Shown here in pieces: positions 1-8,940 of a stretch of DNA of 64,000 nucleotides (the first letter of the stretch is position 1; every line of letters starts with the position of its first letter). The stretch spans positions 1,162 through 65,161 of the forward strand of contig JACPGS010000007.1 of the NCBI GenBank assembly GCA_016189025.1, read 5' to 3'. The notes below the pieces were generated by a model. It was given only the letters and a program-made list of their open reading frames with translations, was not told the origin of the DNA and made no database searches. Origin of the DNA: Candidatus Magasanikiibacteriota bacterium (GTDB taxonomy: Bacteria; Patescibacteriota; Patescibacteriia; Magasanikbacterales; GWA2-37-8). The translations under genes and the position numbers were made by a program.

Positions 1-1152
1 CGACCGATTCAGGATGGTCTGCGAATGGCGCAGCGACCCGACCGAGCGGTAGCGCACGCCGCGGTACGCGGGATGCTTAAGGATATTGCCGGAAAACAGC
101 GGCCGGGTCTGAATGCGATGATCTTCCAGATAGCGCACCAGGGTATTGCGGTCAAACGGCGCCTCTGATTTAATCGTTACCGGAAACGCCAGCCAGTTAA
201 CCCGCGTGCTTGGGAGCGTTTCCGGCAGATAAAACCATTCGGGATACTGCGCTAAGAAATTATAAATCCGCTTAAAAGCGCGGCGACGTAAGGCCAAGAA
301 TCCGGACAAGCGATCCAGTTGCGCCAGGCCAAAAGCCGCCTGCATCTCGGTGGGGCGGAAATTATAGCCCAGGCCGACAAAAACAAAAGCGCTGTCGTAG
401 GGCCGGCCGTCTAACTTAAAGGTAGCGAGCCGCGAGCGGATTTTTTGATCGTGGCGGGAAATGCCGCGGCCCCAGTCGCGCAACACCCGGGCGCGCTCGC
501 AGAGCGCCTGGTCATTAGTCATCAGCATGCCGCCGGCGCCGCCGGCAGTAATCACGTGCGAAGCGTAAAAGCTGGTGGTAACAATATCGCTCCAGCGTCC
601 CGAGGGCGCCCCGTTAATGGTGCCGCCGATGGTGTCGCAGCTGTCTTCAATCAAAAGCAGCCGGCGCCGGCGGCAGAGGGCGCGCAATCGCGGCAAGTCC
701 GCAAAATTGCCAATTAAATGCGGCACCATTAAGGCCGCAGTAGTTTTGGTAATCGCCCGCTCCACCGCCGCCACATCAATTACGTAAGAAGGAGTTACGT
801 CCACAAATACCGGCGTAAACCCCAGCTGGACAATAGGGCTCGCCGTAGTATTAAAAGTACAGGCCGGGGTAATCACTTCAGCGCCGCGCGGCAGATTACT
901 CGCCGCGAGCGCCAATAAATTGGCCGAGGAGCCGGAATTAACGAACAAGCCATAGCGCTTGCCGAAGAGCCGGGCGACTTTAGTTTCAAACGCCGCTGTA
1001 ATCTTGCCGGTGGTCAGCCAGCGCTGCCGGAGCGCTTGCTCTACCGCCCGCCCCTCGTGCTCGCCAAACGCATCGCCGCCGTTCGGCGCATACCACAGCC
1101 AGTCTTGGCCGGGCACAAAACGTTTGCGGGCGATGAGCGAGGGCAGGGGCAT
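1..1152 (-). CDS. DegT/DnrJ/EryC1/StrS-family PLP-dependent sugar aminotransferase/3-dehydrase (RfbH/DdhC-like); C-terminus runs off the left edge
   Basis: Manual reverse-strand translation from ATG at 1152..1150 gives MPLPSLIARKRFVPGQDWLWYAPNGGDAFGEHEGRAVEQALRQRWLTTGKITAAFETKVARLFGKRYGLFVNSGSSANLLALAASNLPRGAEVITPACTFNTT..., typical of the DegT/RfbH family. It is not in the ORF track because the stop lies outside the window. Confidence 0.75.
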   Translation of the reverse strand, partial: MPLPSLIARKRFVPGQDWLWYAPNGGDAFGEHEGRAVEQALRQRWLTTGKITAAFETKVARLFGKRYGLFVNSGSSANLLALAASNLPRGAEVITPACTFNTTASPIVQLGFTPVFVDVTPSYVIDVAAVERAITKTTAALMVPHLIGNFADLPRLRALCRRRRLLLIEDSCDTIGGTINGAPSGRWSDIVTTSFYASHVITAGGAGGMLMTNDQALCERARVLRDWGRGISRHDQKIRSRLATFKLDGRPYDSAFVFVGLGYNFRPTEMQAAFGLAQLDRLSGFLALRRRAFKRIYNFLAQYPEWFYLPETLPSTRVNWLAFPVTIKSEAPFDRNTLVRYLEDHRIQTRPLFSGNILKHPAYRGVRYRSVGSLRHSQTILNRS

Positions 1153-1155
1153 AAG

Positions 1156-2214
1156 TCAATGCAGTTCAATCTTCCCGCCCTCGGTTTCAATCGGCACTAC
1201 TCGCATCCACAGTTTGCTGCGCCACCAGTCTTCGTTTGCCCGATACCAGTCAATGGTCTGGCGGAGCCCCTCGCGAAAACTCACCTCGGGTTGCCAGCCC
1301 AGCACCCGCTGGATTTTGCCGGTGTCGGCAGTATGGCGGAACACCTGTCCAGGCCGATCGCCGACGTTTAACGCGTATGAAGTAAAATTAATCTCCGATG
1401 CCGCCCCGCCCGCCATCTCCTGCAGAATCAGCTCGGCAATTTGGCGGATGGCAATGCCGGCGCCGGCGCCGACATTAAACACTTCGCCCACCACCAAACC
1501 GGCGGGCGCCAGTGCCGCTAGTTCAATCGCCCGCGCCAAATCCGACACATAACTGAAGTCGCGCTGGCTCTCCCCCGTGCCATGCACCGTCAACGGCTCG
1601 CCCAAAATGCAGCTGGTGATAAAGCGCGGAATCACTTTCTCCAGGTGCTGACGCGGCCCGAACATATTAAAGGGCCGGATAATCACCGCCGGAATTTTAT
1701 AGGTAAGATAGTAAGCCATCACCAGCCGGTCGGCGCCGGCCTTGGCCGCGGCATAAGGACTCTGGGGAATTAAGGGATGGTCCTCGTTCATCAAAGGCTG
1801 CAGCGCCGTGCCGTATACCTCGGAAGTGGAAATGTGAATAAAACGCTCCACGGTGTCGCGGTGCGCCGCCACCGCATTGGCCACCCGCTGGGTGCCAATC
1901 ACGTCGGACTCAAAAAACGGACTGTCGTCGTGAATGGAGCGCGTGACATGCGTTTCCGCGGCAAAATGAATAACGATGTGCGATTGCGCCACTAATTGCT
2001 CTACCACCTTGGCATTGCGCACGTCGCCGTAAATAAAACGAAAGTTAGGCGCGCTGGCAATACGGCTGGGGATATTGCGAAAATCACCGGCATAAGTCAA
2101 AGCATCCAGCACTAAGTAGCGCCACTCGGGATGGCGGGTAAAAAAATAATCCAAAACATAGCTGCCGATAAATCCGGCGGCGCCGGTCATCAAAACGGTT
2201 TTAGTCGGCTCCAT
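1156..2214 (-). CDS. NAD-dependent nucleotide-sugar 4,6-dehydratase/epimerase (RfbB / dTDP-glucose 4,6-dehydratase-like)
   Basis: 352 aa. It has a GAAGFIGS Rossmann motif, LDALTYAG, HFAAETHV and the HISTSEVYG catalytic region of extended SDR sugar dehydratases. Confidence 0.75.
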   Translation of the reverse strand: MEPTKTVLMTGAAGFIGSYVLDYFFTRHPEWRYLVLDALTYAGDFRNIPSRIASAPNFRFIYGDVRNAKVVEQLVAQSHIVIHFAAETHVTRSIHDDSPFFESDVIGTQRVANAVAAHRDTVERFIHISTSEVYGTALQPLMNEDHPLIPQSPYAAAKAGADRLVMAYYLTYKIPAVIIRPFNMFGPRQHLEKVIPRFITSCILGEPLTVHGTGESQRDFSYVSDLARAIELAALAPAGLVVGEVFNVGAGAGIAIRQIAELILQEMAGGAASEINFTSYALNVGDRPGQVFRHTADTGKIQRVLGWQPEVSFREGLRQTIDWYRANEDWWRSKLWMRVVPIETEGGKIELH

Positions 2215-2218
2215 AAAA

Positions 2219-4030
2219 TTATTGGGGAAGATAATTTACGCTATAAATAGCATAAAAATCATCGGCATATTCCGGCCGCAAGCCGGTCTGATTATACCGC
2301 TCCCCGCCCGCTGGGTCAAGCTCTTTATTGTGGACGACATAGGTAACATTATAGCGGCGCAACGATTCGGCCGGGCGCACTTTTACTTCGGCAACATAGC
2401 GCTTAAATAAATCAATAAAATACTGCTCTCCGCGCCAGGAAACGGCCGTCGCCAATTCGCCGCACGGCCGCCCCAGGCGCGGCAGCTGCAGCAGCCAGCA
2501 AATTTTAACGGCGCGGTTATGCGTGCGATACTGATGCACGGCATTACCGACGCCGGCGTAAGTCTGAAAATCCCGCTCCAGATATTCCGGCGTCAATTCT
2601 TTAAATAGACTAGCGACCAAATAGCGGTCCTCTGCCTCGCGCGACGACAACAGATGCAAAATGCCTCCATTGGCAAAGAGCACGTAATGTTTGGTGAGCG
2701 CCGGAATATAGCTGGAGAGAGGATCGGCAGGGCCGGTCAACACTACCTGGGGTTTGGGCGCGGCCTGCTCCAGCCATTGGAGGGCTGGCAAGGAGTGGCG
2801 AAACCGCTCGTAGAGCGCTGCGGTATCATTGCGGGAGCGGAAAAACGACCAGTAGTGGCGGGCCAGGTAGCCCAGGCCAAGAATACTAAACACGAATAAT
2901 GCCAGCAGCAAATAACGCCGGGCACGATTTAAAACCCGCCAACCATCCCGATCTTTTATCGCTAATGCCAGGTAAGCCACCAATGCTAACGGCTGCCAGA
3001 CGGTCATAAAGCGGGAAATGTGCCCGGGCAATTCCAGGTCTTTGCCGGTAATGATGTTGCTGAAAGTTACTCCGATTAAAGCCAACCCGCTGCCAAGAAA
3101 AGTATAGAACGCGGTTCGCGCTAGCGAATTATCTCGCCAGTGATTGAAGAAGCGGTAGGTCAGCCACCATAGCCCTACCAGCGCCGCCACGCCAAAACTG
3201 GTATAAACCGCCTCGGCCATCGGCAGGCGGGTCTGCACCAAACCAATGCGCTCCATAGTTTCCCAGTAATAAGGATGCTGCAGTTGTCGGACGGTATAAA
3301 TAATCATCGGCAACGACAAAACAATCACTCCGGCTGCCATTAGCAACAGGCGCCGGAGGAGCAGCGTGCGCTGCCGCCGCGTGAACAAAAAAATTAAACC
3401 GGCCAGCACTAACCAGGCCAGCGCTACCTGGGCCAGGTAGGTATAAACGTAAAAAGTACCGGCGGCGGACAAAACAAAAAATACCTGCCGCGCCCGCGCG
3501 GTTGGTTGCTTAAACCACACAATAAACGACAGCAGTAGTAGTAGCCAAAAGGGAAATACGGTCTGCATGGAAACCGGCGTAATGATAATAAAGTATCCTT
3601 GGGCAAAGGTTAGCAACGCCCCGAGAGCGCTTCCCCATTTAGACACCCCCAACTGCGACAAAATCAAATAGGAGAAACAGATAAATACGGCAGACCAAAT
3701 CGCAACGTTGAGGAGGATAGTCGCGGCGAGCGGCAGCCCGGCAAACAAAGGCAGGGCGGCCAGCCAGTCGGCCACAAAAAACGCCGGCGCCGGATCGCGG
3801 TTATGCTCCTTAAAATACGGATTGCCGATAAAAGGAAACCCGTCCTTAATTTCGCGCAGCCGCGCGTTATAATAAGTGGAGCCGTAAGTGTGATGCGCCA
3901 GCAAGGCTAAAATTTCGCCGCGCGACCACTGGCGCACCTGGTAGGCCGCCACTATTCCCGGCAGGGCGGCCAGCAGGATAGCGACTGCCGATAAGCCGAT
4001 TAAAAATTTAAGGTGTGATTTCATAATCAT
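2219..4030 (-). CDS. polytopic membrane protein with a large C-terminal soluble domain (putative glycan polymerase/transferase; function unknown)
   Basis: 603 aa with about 10 hydrophobic segments followed by a soluble ~250-aa tail. It sits at the 3' end of the glycan locus. No confident family match from sequence alone. Confidence 0.4.
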   Translation of the reverse strand: MIMKSHLKFLIGLSAVAILLAALPGIVAAYQVRQWSRGEILALLAHHTYGSTYYNARLREIKDGFPFIGNPYFKEHNRDPAPAFFVADWLAALPLFAGLPLAATILLNVAIWSAVFICFSYLILSQLGVSKWGSALGALLTFAQGYFIIITPVSMQTVFPFWLLLLLSFIVWFKQPTARARQVFFVLSAAGTFYVYTYLAQVALAWLVLAGLIFLFTRRQRTLLLRRLLLMAAGVIVLSLPMIIYTVRQLQHPYYWETMERIGLVQTRLPMAEAVYTSFGVAALVGLWWLTYRFFNHWRDNSLARTAFYTFLGSGLALIGVTFSNIITGKDLELPGHISRFMTVWQPLALVAYLALAIKDRDGWRVLNRARRYLLLALFVFSILGLGYLARHYWSFFRSRNDTAALYERFRHSLPALQWLEQAAPKPQVVLTGPADPLSSYIPALTKHYVLFANGGILHLLSSREAEDRYLVASLFKELTPEYLERDFQTYAGVGNAVHQYRTHNRAVKICWLLQLPRLGRPCGELATAVSWRGEQYFIDLFKRYVAEVKVRPAESLRRYNVTYVVHNKELDPAGGERYNQTGLRPEYADDFYAIYSVNYLPQ

Positions 4031-4217
4031 GAGACTGCAGAAGAATAGAAATGACTAGTTAGCATCAGGGCGCGACAGACGAGTGTCTTTGGGCGCGCAC
4101 CCCGATTAAATCGGGGGAGCACCCAAAGAGTGTCTGCCGCGACCAACCAAGTAAATTTTAGCAATAGCGACAGCGACCAGGCGGAAAATGACATAGTTGA
4201 CATTCTTCTACAGTCTT
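4031..4217 (+). mobile_element. MITE-like intergenic repeat, family 1, copy A (forward)
   Basis: Left end GAGACTGCAGAAGAAT, right end ATTCTTCTACAGTCTT. Core hairpin GGCGCGACAGACGAGTGTCTTTGGGCGCGC - CCCGATTAAATCGGGG - GAGCACCCAAAGAGTGTCTGCCGCGACC, plus the TTAGCAATAGCGACAGCGACCAGGCGG box. Confidence 0.85.
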
Positions 4218-4227
4218 AATAAAAACT

Positions 4228-5115
4228 CTATTTCTTGCGCGCCAGCAAAAAAAAGTTATCGCGCAGATTAAGCGAGAGCGAACGCCGGCCCCAGGCTGAC
4301 TGCTGGGCCCGGCGCGCCAGCGACGGCCAGGGCCAGTATGGTTGCCAGCGGGCGATCGTTGCCAATAGATAAGCAACCGTAAATCGCTTACCGATTTTTT
4401 CTGCCGGCAATACGGCAAATCCTAAAGCAGATAACAGCGCCGACAGATTCCGCGGATTAAAATAAACCAGGTGTTCCGGCGGCACTAACTGGTGCCAGAA
4501 ACGCCCGAGGAGCAACGCATACCAGCTGCCGGCGTCCGGAGTATTGATCGCCAGAATTCCTCCTGGCTTCAGCAAAACTAAAACCCGCTCCAGAGCAGCC
4601 TGGGGGTTAGGCAGATGCTCAATCACATCCCACAGGGTAATAACATCAAAATAATTTTCGGCCCCGGTCACCGTATCCAGGGTGCCGGTTTGGACGTCTA
4701 ACCCCTGCGCCCGCCCCCGCCCGGCGGCATAATCCGAAGGTTCCACACCACTCCCCTGCCAGCCGCGCTCGCCGGCTAATTTAACAAAATATCCGGTCGC
4801 GGCGCCCACATCCAACAGCCGCCCCCGCGCCGGCAGCAGGCGCTCTAAGCGATCCAAATATTGTAAAAAGGTACCCCGCATCGCCGCTTTGTCGGCATCG
4901 TAATCAGAATAGCCAAAACCATGGCGGCCGCCGGCAAAATACTGCTCGCCATAGAGCCCGGACCAATCGGGCTCCGGCCAGGGAAAGACAAAACGAGCGG
5001 CACAGTCCTGGCAGCGGTAAATCCGGCAGTTATTTTTAACAACAAAAAATTTACTACGGCCACTGCCGCAGACCGGACAAGGGGAAATTATTGGTTGCTC
5101 CAAATCATCTGCCAT
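4228..5115 (-). CDS. class I SAM-dependent methyltransferase with N-terminal Cys4 zinc-ribbon
   Basis: Likely start is MADDLEQPIISPCPVCGS...CQDC at 5115. It carries LLDVGAATGYF (motif I) and LKPGGIL. The track ORF extends upstream into the neighbouring gene. Confidence 0.7.
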   Translation of the reverse strand: MADDLEQPIISPCPVCGSGRSKFFVVKNNCRIYRCQDCAARFVFPWPEPDWSGLYGEQYFAGGRHGFGYSDYDADKAAMRGTFLQYLDRLERLLPARGRLLDVGAATGYFVKLAGERGWQGSGVEPSDYAAGRGRAQGLDVQTGTLDTVTGAENYFDVITLWDVIEHLPNPQAALERVLVLLKPGGILAINTPDAGSWYALLLGRFWHQLVPPEHLVYFNPRNLSALLSALGFAVLPAEKIGKRFTVAYLLATIARWQPYWPWPSLARRAQQSAWGRRSLSLNLRDNFFLLARKK

Positions 5116-5795
5116 GGCGCTAAAATGGCTTCGCGAATAATATGGCCGGAAATTTTGGATTCGCCGGTGCGGCGATTGCGGAAAGTAATCGGCAGTTCGG
5201 CAAACCGCGCCGCCGCCCGCCACAGGCGGTATTTGAGCTCAATCTGAAAAGCATAACCCGAGGCGCTGAATTGCCTTAAGTCAAGCTGGCGCAAGAGCCT
5301 GGTGGCAAGGGCATTAAACCCGCCGGTGCAGTCCGCCACCGGCAGCCGGGTAATGGAACGCGCATACCAATTGCCGCCGCGGCTTAAGAGGCGCCGCCAG
5401 CTTTCCCAGCCGATTAATTTGCCACCCGGCACGTAGCGCGAACCAACGACCACATCAGCGTTCGCGCGCGCCGCGATTAAACCGGGCAGCGCCGCCGGAT
5501 CGTGCGACAAATCCGCATCCATCATTACTATCGTCTCTACTTCTGGATCGCGCAAAACTTCAGCGAAAGCATGGCGATAAGCCGGTCCCAGGCCCTCCTT
5601 GCGCTCGCGCCGCAATACGGAAAGACGCGGAAATTGGGAACGCAAGGAGAGCGCCAGCCCGGCGGTGCCGTCCGGCGAATTATCGTCTACTATCAGTACG
5701 CGCGCTTCCGGGAGAGAACTAAAAATTCCGCTAAGCAGCGGCGGCAAATTCTCGCGTTCGTTATAGGTGGGAACGACAACGGTAACTGGCGACAC
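5088..5795 (-). CDS. GT2 polyprenyl-phosphate sugar synthase (Dpm1-like dolichol/undecaprenyl-phosphate mannosyl/glucosyl-transferase)
   Basis: VVVPTYNERENL, IVDDNSPDGT, MDADLSHDP and a VVGSRY motif are typical of the Dpm1/GtrB family. Confidence 0.8.
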   Translation of the reverse strand: MSPVTVVVPTYNERENLPPLLSGIFSSLPEARVLIVDDNSPDGTAGLALSLRSQFPRLSVLRRERKEGLGPAYRHAFAEVLRDPEVETIVMMDADLSHDPAALPGLIAARANADVVVGSRYVPGGKLIGWESWRRLLSRGGNWYARSITRLPVADCTGGFNALATRLLRQLDLRQFSASGYAFQIELKYRLWRAAARFAELPITFRNRRTGESKISGHIIREAILAPWQMIWSNQ

Positions 5796-5798
5796 AAA

Positions 5799-6944
5799 TT
5801 ATTTATTCACCGCGGCTAAAATGATGGCGGCCCGCGCCTGCCAGCTAAACTGCCGGCTCAACCGGCGCGAATTTTCCGCCAGTATAGCACAACGCGCCCG
5901 GTCTGCCAACAAATTGGCAAGGCTTCTAGCTAGGCTGGCCGGGTCATCGGGCCTAAACCACGCCGTGGTTTCTTCTGAGAGCACCTCGCGCAGCGCCGGG
6001 ACGTCCGCGGCAATAATCGGCCGCCCGGCGGCCAGATATTCAAACAGTTTAAGCGGCGAGGTATAGCGCGCGCCAATGTCAGTGTGCGCGCTGTTCGGCA
6101 GCACTAATACATCGGCGGCTGCTAGCCACCGCGGGATACGCTCCGGGCTCTGCCAGGGCACAATAGTCAGCTGGGGATTACTGTAGCGCTGCTGAAAAAC
6201 AGCTGCTTCAGCCGCGCTCCCGCCCACTAAATAAATCTGTGCCTTGCTGGCAACCGGTAAATGAGTGGCCGCAGCAGCCAAAGTATCTGCCCCTTTCCAA
6301 GAATAAAGATGGCCGGTGTAAACAACAATCGGCTGGTCCAGGGGCAAACCCAGTTCCCGGCGACATTCGGCCTGGCTGGGCAATCCCGCAAACATTTCTA
6401 AATCAACCGCGTCGCGGGCAATGGTGATTTTGCCAGCGGGGATTCCTATCTTCACTAGCGCTTCTTTCAGGCCGGCGCTAATCACAATAATTCCCTGGCA
6501 GCGCTCCCAGGTGCGCCGGTGGAACCCGGTTATCCGCTGCGGCAGGGTGTGGAGCTCCAGATATACCGGCTGGAGGCGGCGCGCCAGGAACCAGGCAATG
6601 ATGCTATCGCGAGTATAATAAATGCCAGGCGGGGCTGTCGCCAAATACCGTCGCGCCGCGCGGTAAAAAGTATAGCTCAAAATGAAAAAGCCTACCCTCC
6701 CCCACCCCCCGCTCGTTACCAAATCAAGCGCCGGCAGGCGGACAAGGGGAAACCTGGGCGCCGCCTGAAAAAATTCAAACGGATCAACGGCGGAATCAAC
6801 GCGCCGATCAGGCACCAGCATAGTCAACGGCGCCCCGGCCGCGGTCAGCGCCGCCGCGGTCTTGATAATCTGCCACCCATGCGCCCGGTCGCTGGGCAGG
6901 CGGATGGTGGCGAGGTAGTAAAAGGGCCGGGGCATAGGAGGCAA
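5799..6944 (-). CDS. GT4 glycosyltransferase (Glycos_transf_1)
   Basis: 381 aa. The C-terminal half has VVYTGHLYSWKG, LVGGS and LVLPNSAHTDIGARYTSPLKLFEYLAAGRPIIAADVP, typical of GT4. Confidence 0.7.
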   Translation of the reverse strand: MPPMPRPFYYLATIRLPSDRAHGWQIIKTAAALTAAGAPLTMLVPDRRVDSAVDPFEFFQAAPRFPLVRLPALDLVTSGGWGRVGFFILSYTFYRAARRYLATAPPGIYYTRDSIIAWFLARRLQPVYLELHTLPQRITGFHRRTWERCQGIIVISAGLKEALVKIGIPAGKITIARDAVDLEMFAGLPSQAECRRELGLPLDQPIVVYTGHLYSWKGADTLAAAATHLPVASKAQIYLVGGSAAEAAVFQQRYSNPQLTIVPWQSPERIPRWLAAADVLVLPNSAHTDIGARYTSPLKLFEYLAAGRPIIAADVPALREVLSEETTAWFRPDDPASLARSLANLLADRARCAILAENSRRLSRQFSWQARAAIILAAVNK

Positions 6945-7139
6945 GATCTCAAAATTAATAAATAAAATATATGGCTGTGGATAATTTTTTGGCTAACTTG
7001 TGCTATTTATCGTTTATGGAATCAAAATGCAATTGACAAACCTCCTATTTTCTGATAATGTAGAAATACATAAACCTGTATTCCGAACTGTCACCGGACG
7101 GTGGCGTGGCTGGGACATCCAGCATAGGAACGTGGTTGA

Positions 7140-7166
7140 AAAGAGCCCTTCGGGGCTGTTTTTTGT
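7140..7166 (-). terminator. hairpin AGCCC-TTCG-GGGCT with flanking T/A runs, immediately after the DUF3800 gene stop
   Basis: The sequence aaaagagcccttcggggctgttttttg is a tetraloop hairpin with U-tracts on both strands. Confidence 0.5.
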
Positions 7167-7792
7167 TATTTAAACTTCCATTCGTCCTGGATATGATTTT
7201 TAATTATTTTCTTATACACTACAGCGTCGGTCTTGAAATCCTCATACGAACGATGAATACTACCAGCAATCATATCGGCCATTTGAATGAGCACATTCTC
7301 CCTTGAATCCACTAACTTGCAATGCTGCACAATACGTCGCTCATCACTATTTAATTGTGAACGTAGATAACTCACAAAGCTTCTCCGAAAAACACGATCC
7401 CCGCTGCCGTCTACCTTTATCTTCGCATCCAGAATTTTTCCATCACTATATTGCAACACCAACTTAATGGCATAACTATAAAACGACCTCTTATTTGTTC
7501 GCAGCTCCTCACTTCGAATAATAGACTTATCAATAACTAAACTCCGCACCGCAAATGAGAAAGGTAAAATTGTTCTCAAGAATTGTTCGCGGACAGTCTT
7601 GCGTGATTTCGCGAATTTAAACTCTACCGTATCGGGGAAACCCAGTCGGCGCCGCAGTTCCTTGATGGCCACGGCCGCCTTTTCTGCTTCTAGTGGATCG
7701 CGAAAAATAATCAAGGAAATGATAAAGTACCGGCTCGAACCCCGGTCTAGCTTAAATCCCGGATCACCAGAATCATCTATGAATACGAGCAT
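7166..7792 (-). CDS. DUF3800-family protein
   Basis: 208 aa with N-terminal MLVFIDDSGDPGF and later IQMADMIAGSI, resembling DUF3800 signature motifs. Local GC is about 38-40%, versus about 60% in the flanks. Confidence 0.5.
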   Translation of the reverse strand: MLVFIDDSGDPGFKLDRGSSRYFIISLIIFRDPLEAEKAAVAIKELRRRLGFPDTVEFKFAKSRKTVREQFLRTILPFSFAVRSLVIDKSIIRSEELRTNKRSFYSYAIKLVLQYSDGKILDAKIKVDGSGDRVFRRSFVSYLRSQLNSDERRIVQHCKLVDSRENVLIQMADMIAGSIHRSYEDFKTDAVVYKKIIKNHIQDEWKFK

Positions 7793-7817
7793 AAATTTTC
7801 CTCTTTAGCAACTAACT

Positions 7818-8075
7818 CTACTTTTTTCTCCCCCACCACCGCCGCACTATCGGCAAAGACAGCGTGGAGAGCAAATAACCGGCAGCAGGAACAAGCGCCT
7901 TAAGGAAAGAATTGGGGTCGTGGATCATCAGGAGCCAAATGGCGGCGACAATATACGTCAGCGCGGCAAGGAACAGCCGGCGGGTCCAGCTGGTTTCCCA
8001 GGCTTTATCCAGCTCCACCCGCGCGTTGCGCGCTTTGATGTCAGCGATGTCTTGAAATAATTCTTCTATATTCAT
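7818..8075 (-). CDS. small membrane protein (2 TM), hypothetical
   Basis: 85 aa. The hydrophobic segments are LFLAALTYIVAAIWLLMI and LVPAAGYLLSTLSLPIV. Confidence 0.4.
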   Translation of the reverse strand: MNIEELFQDIADIKARNARVELDKAWETSWTRRLFLAALTYIVAAIWLLMIHDPNSFLKALVPAAGYLLSTLSLPIVRRWWGRKK

Positions 8076-8080
8076 ACCAA

Positions 8081-8731
8081 TTACTCCTTCACTTGGTAGA
8101 GCGCCAAATGGAATAAATCCAGGGGCGCCGGGAGGGGAAGTTTTTTCAGCTTTAATAGTTCAAACCTGGAAGCGCGGATAATACGCTCTACGCCGCGGGC
8201 ATTGTGATAATGCACGCCGGCGCCAGGGCCGTGCTCCATCGAATAAGTTCCCTTGAGCACAAAGCGCAGGGTTTTGTACCAGGCCGACTCCACCGGCTCG
8301 CTGGTAATCAGGTAGCCGCCGGGCTTAAGAACGCGCCGGAATTCGGCGAGAGGCGGCAGCAAGTCGGCGATGTGCTCCAGCGTATCCAAAGTAACAATAG
8401 CGTCAAAGGAATGGCTGGGGAATTGCAGGGCATTCAGGTCCTGCACGGCAAAGTGCGCCGGCGCGAGCTTTTGCTTAAGTTCCCCGACTGACGGGTTCAG
8501 ATCAATCCCCCAAATCTCGCCGCCGGTCCAGCCCGATTTCAGTACTAGCTCAATAAATGCTCCCTGGCCGCAGCCGACGTCTAAAAAATTCCTCGCTTCA
8601 GTTTGCCGCAGAAAATCACGGGCAATCGTCAGGCGCCGATGGAATAACCAGCGCACCAGCGGATTGGCCGATTGATACTCGGGCACGATTTCGTGGAGTC
8701 CGATGTCAAATTTTTGGCGCGTGTCCAGCAT
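8081..8731 (-). CDS. class I SAM-dependent methyltransferase
   Basis: FLDVGCGQGAF (motif I), LKPGGYL and an IVTLDTLEHI-type post-I motif. Confidence 0.7.
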   Translation of the reverse strand: MLDTRQKFDIGLHEIVPEYQSANPLVRWLFHRRLTIARDFLRQTEARNFLDVGCGQGAFIELVLKSGWTGGEIWGIDLNPSVGELKQKLAPAHFAVQDLNALQFPSHSFDAIVTLDTLEHIADLLPPLAEFRRVLKPGGYLITSEPVESAWYKTLRFVLKGTYSMEHGPGAGVHYHNARGVERIIRASRFELLKLKKLPLPAPLDLFHLALYQVKE

Positions 8732-8734
8732 ATT

Positions 8735-8924
8735 GAGACTGTAGAAGAATTGAAAAATCAGTTAGCATCGGGGCGTGGCAGACGAGTGTCTTTGGGCGCG
8801 CATCCCCCGCGTCGGCGGGGGGAGCACCCAAAGAGTGTCTGCCACGCCCGACCAGGTTAAACTTAGCAATAGCGATAGCGACCAGTTAAATAGCAGTATT
8901 TCCGGCATTCTTCTACAGTCTCAA
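8735..8924 (+). mobile_element. MITE-like repeat, family 1, copy B (forward)
   Basis: Perfect 16-bp TIR GAGACTGTAGAAGAAT / ATTCTTCTACAGTCTC. The core has apical loop TCCCCCGCGTCGGCGGGGGG. Confidence 0.85.
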
Positions 8925-8940
8925 TATTGAAAAGGTTGGC

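Noticed and set aside
959-1552. Plus-strand ORFs (959..1552, 1036..1371, 445..717) overlapping the DegT gene region
   Set aside because: Their products are Ala/Arg/Pro/Ser-rich low-complexity, typical of antisense frames in GC-rich DNA. The opposite strand encodes a clean DegT/RfbH homolog.
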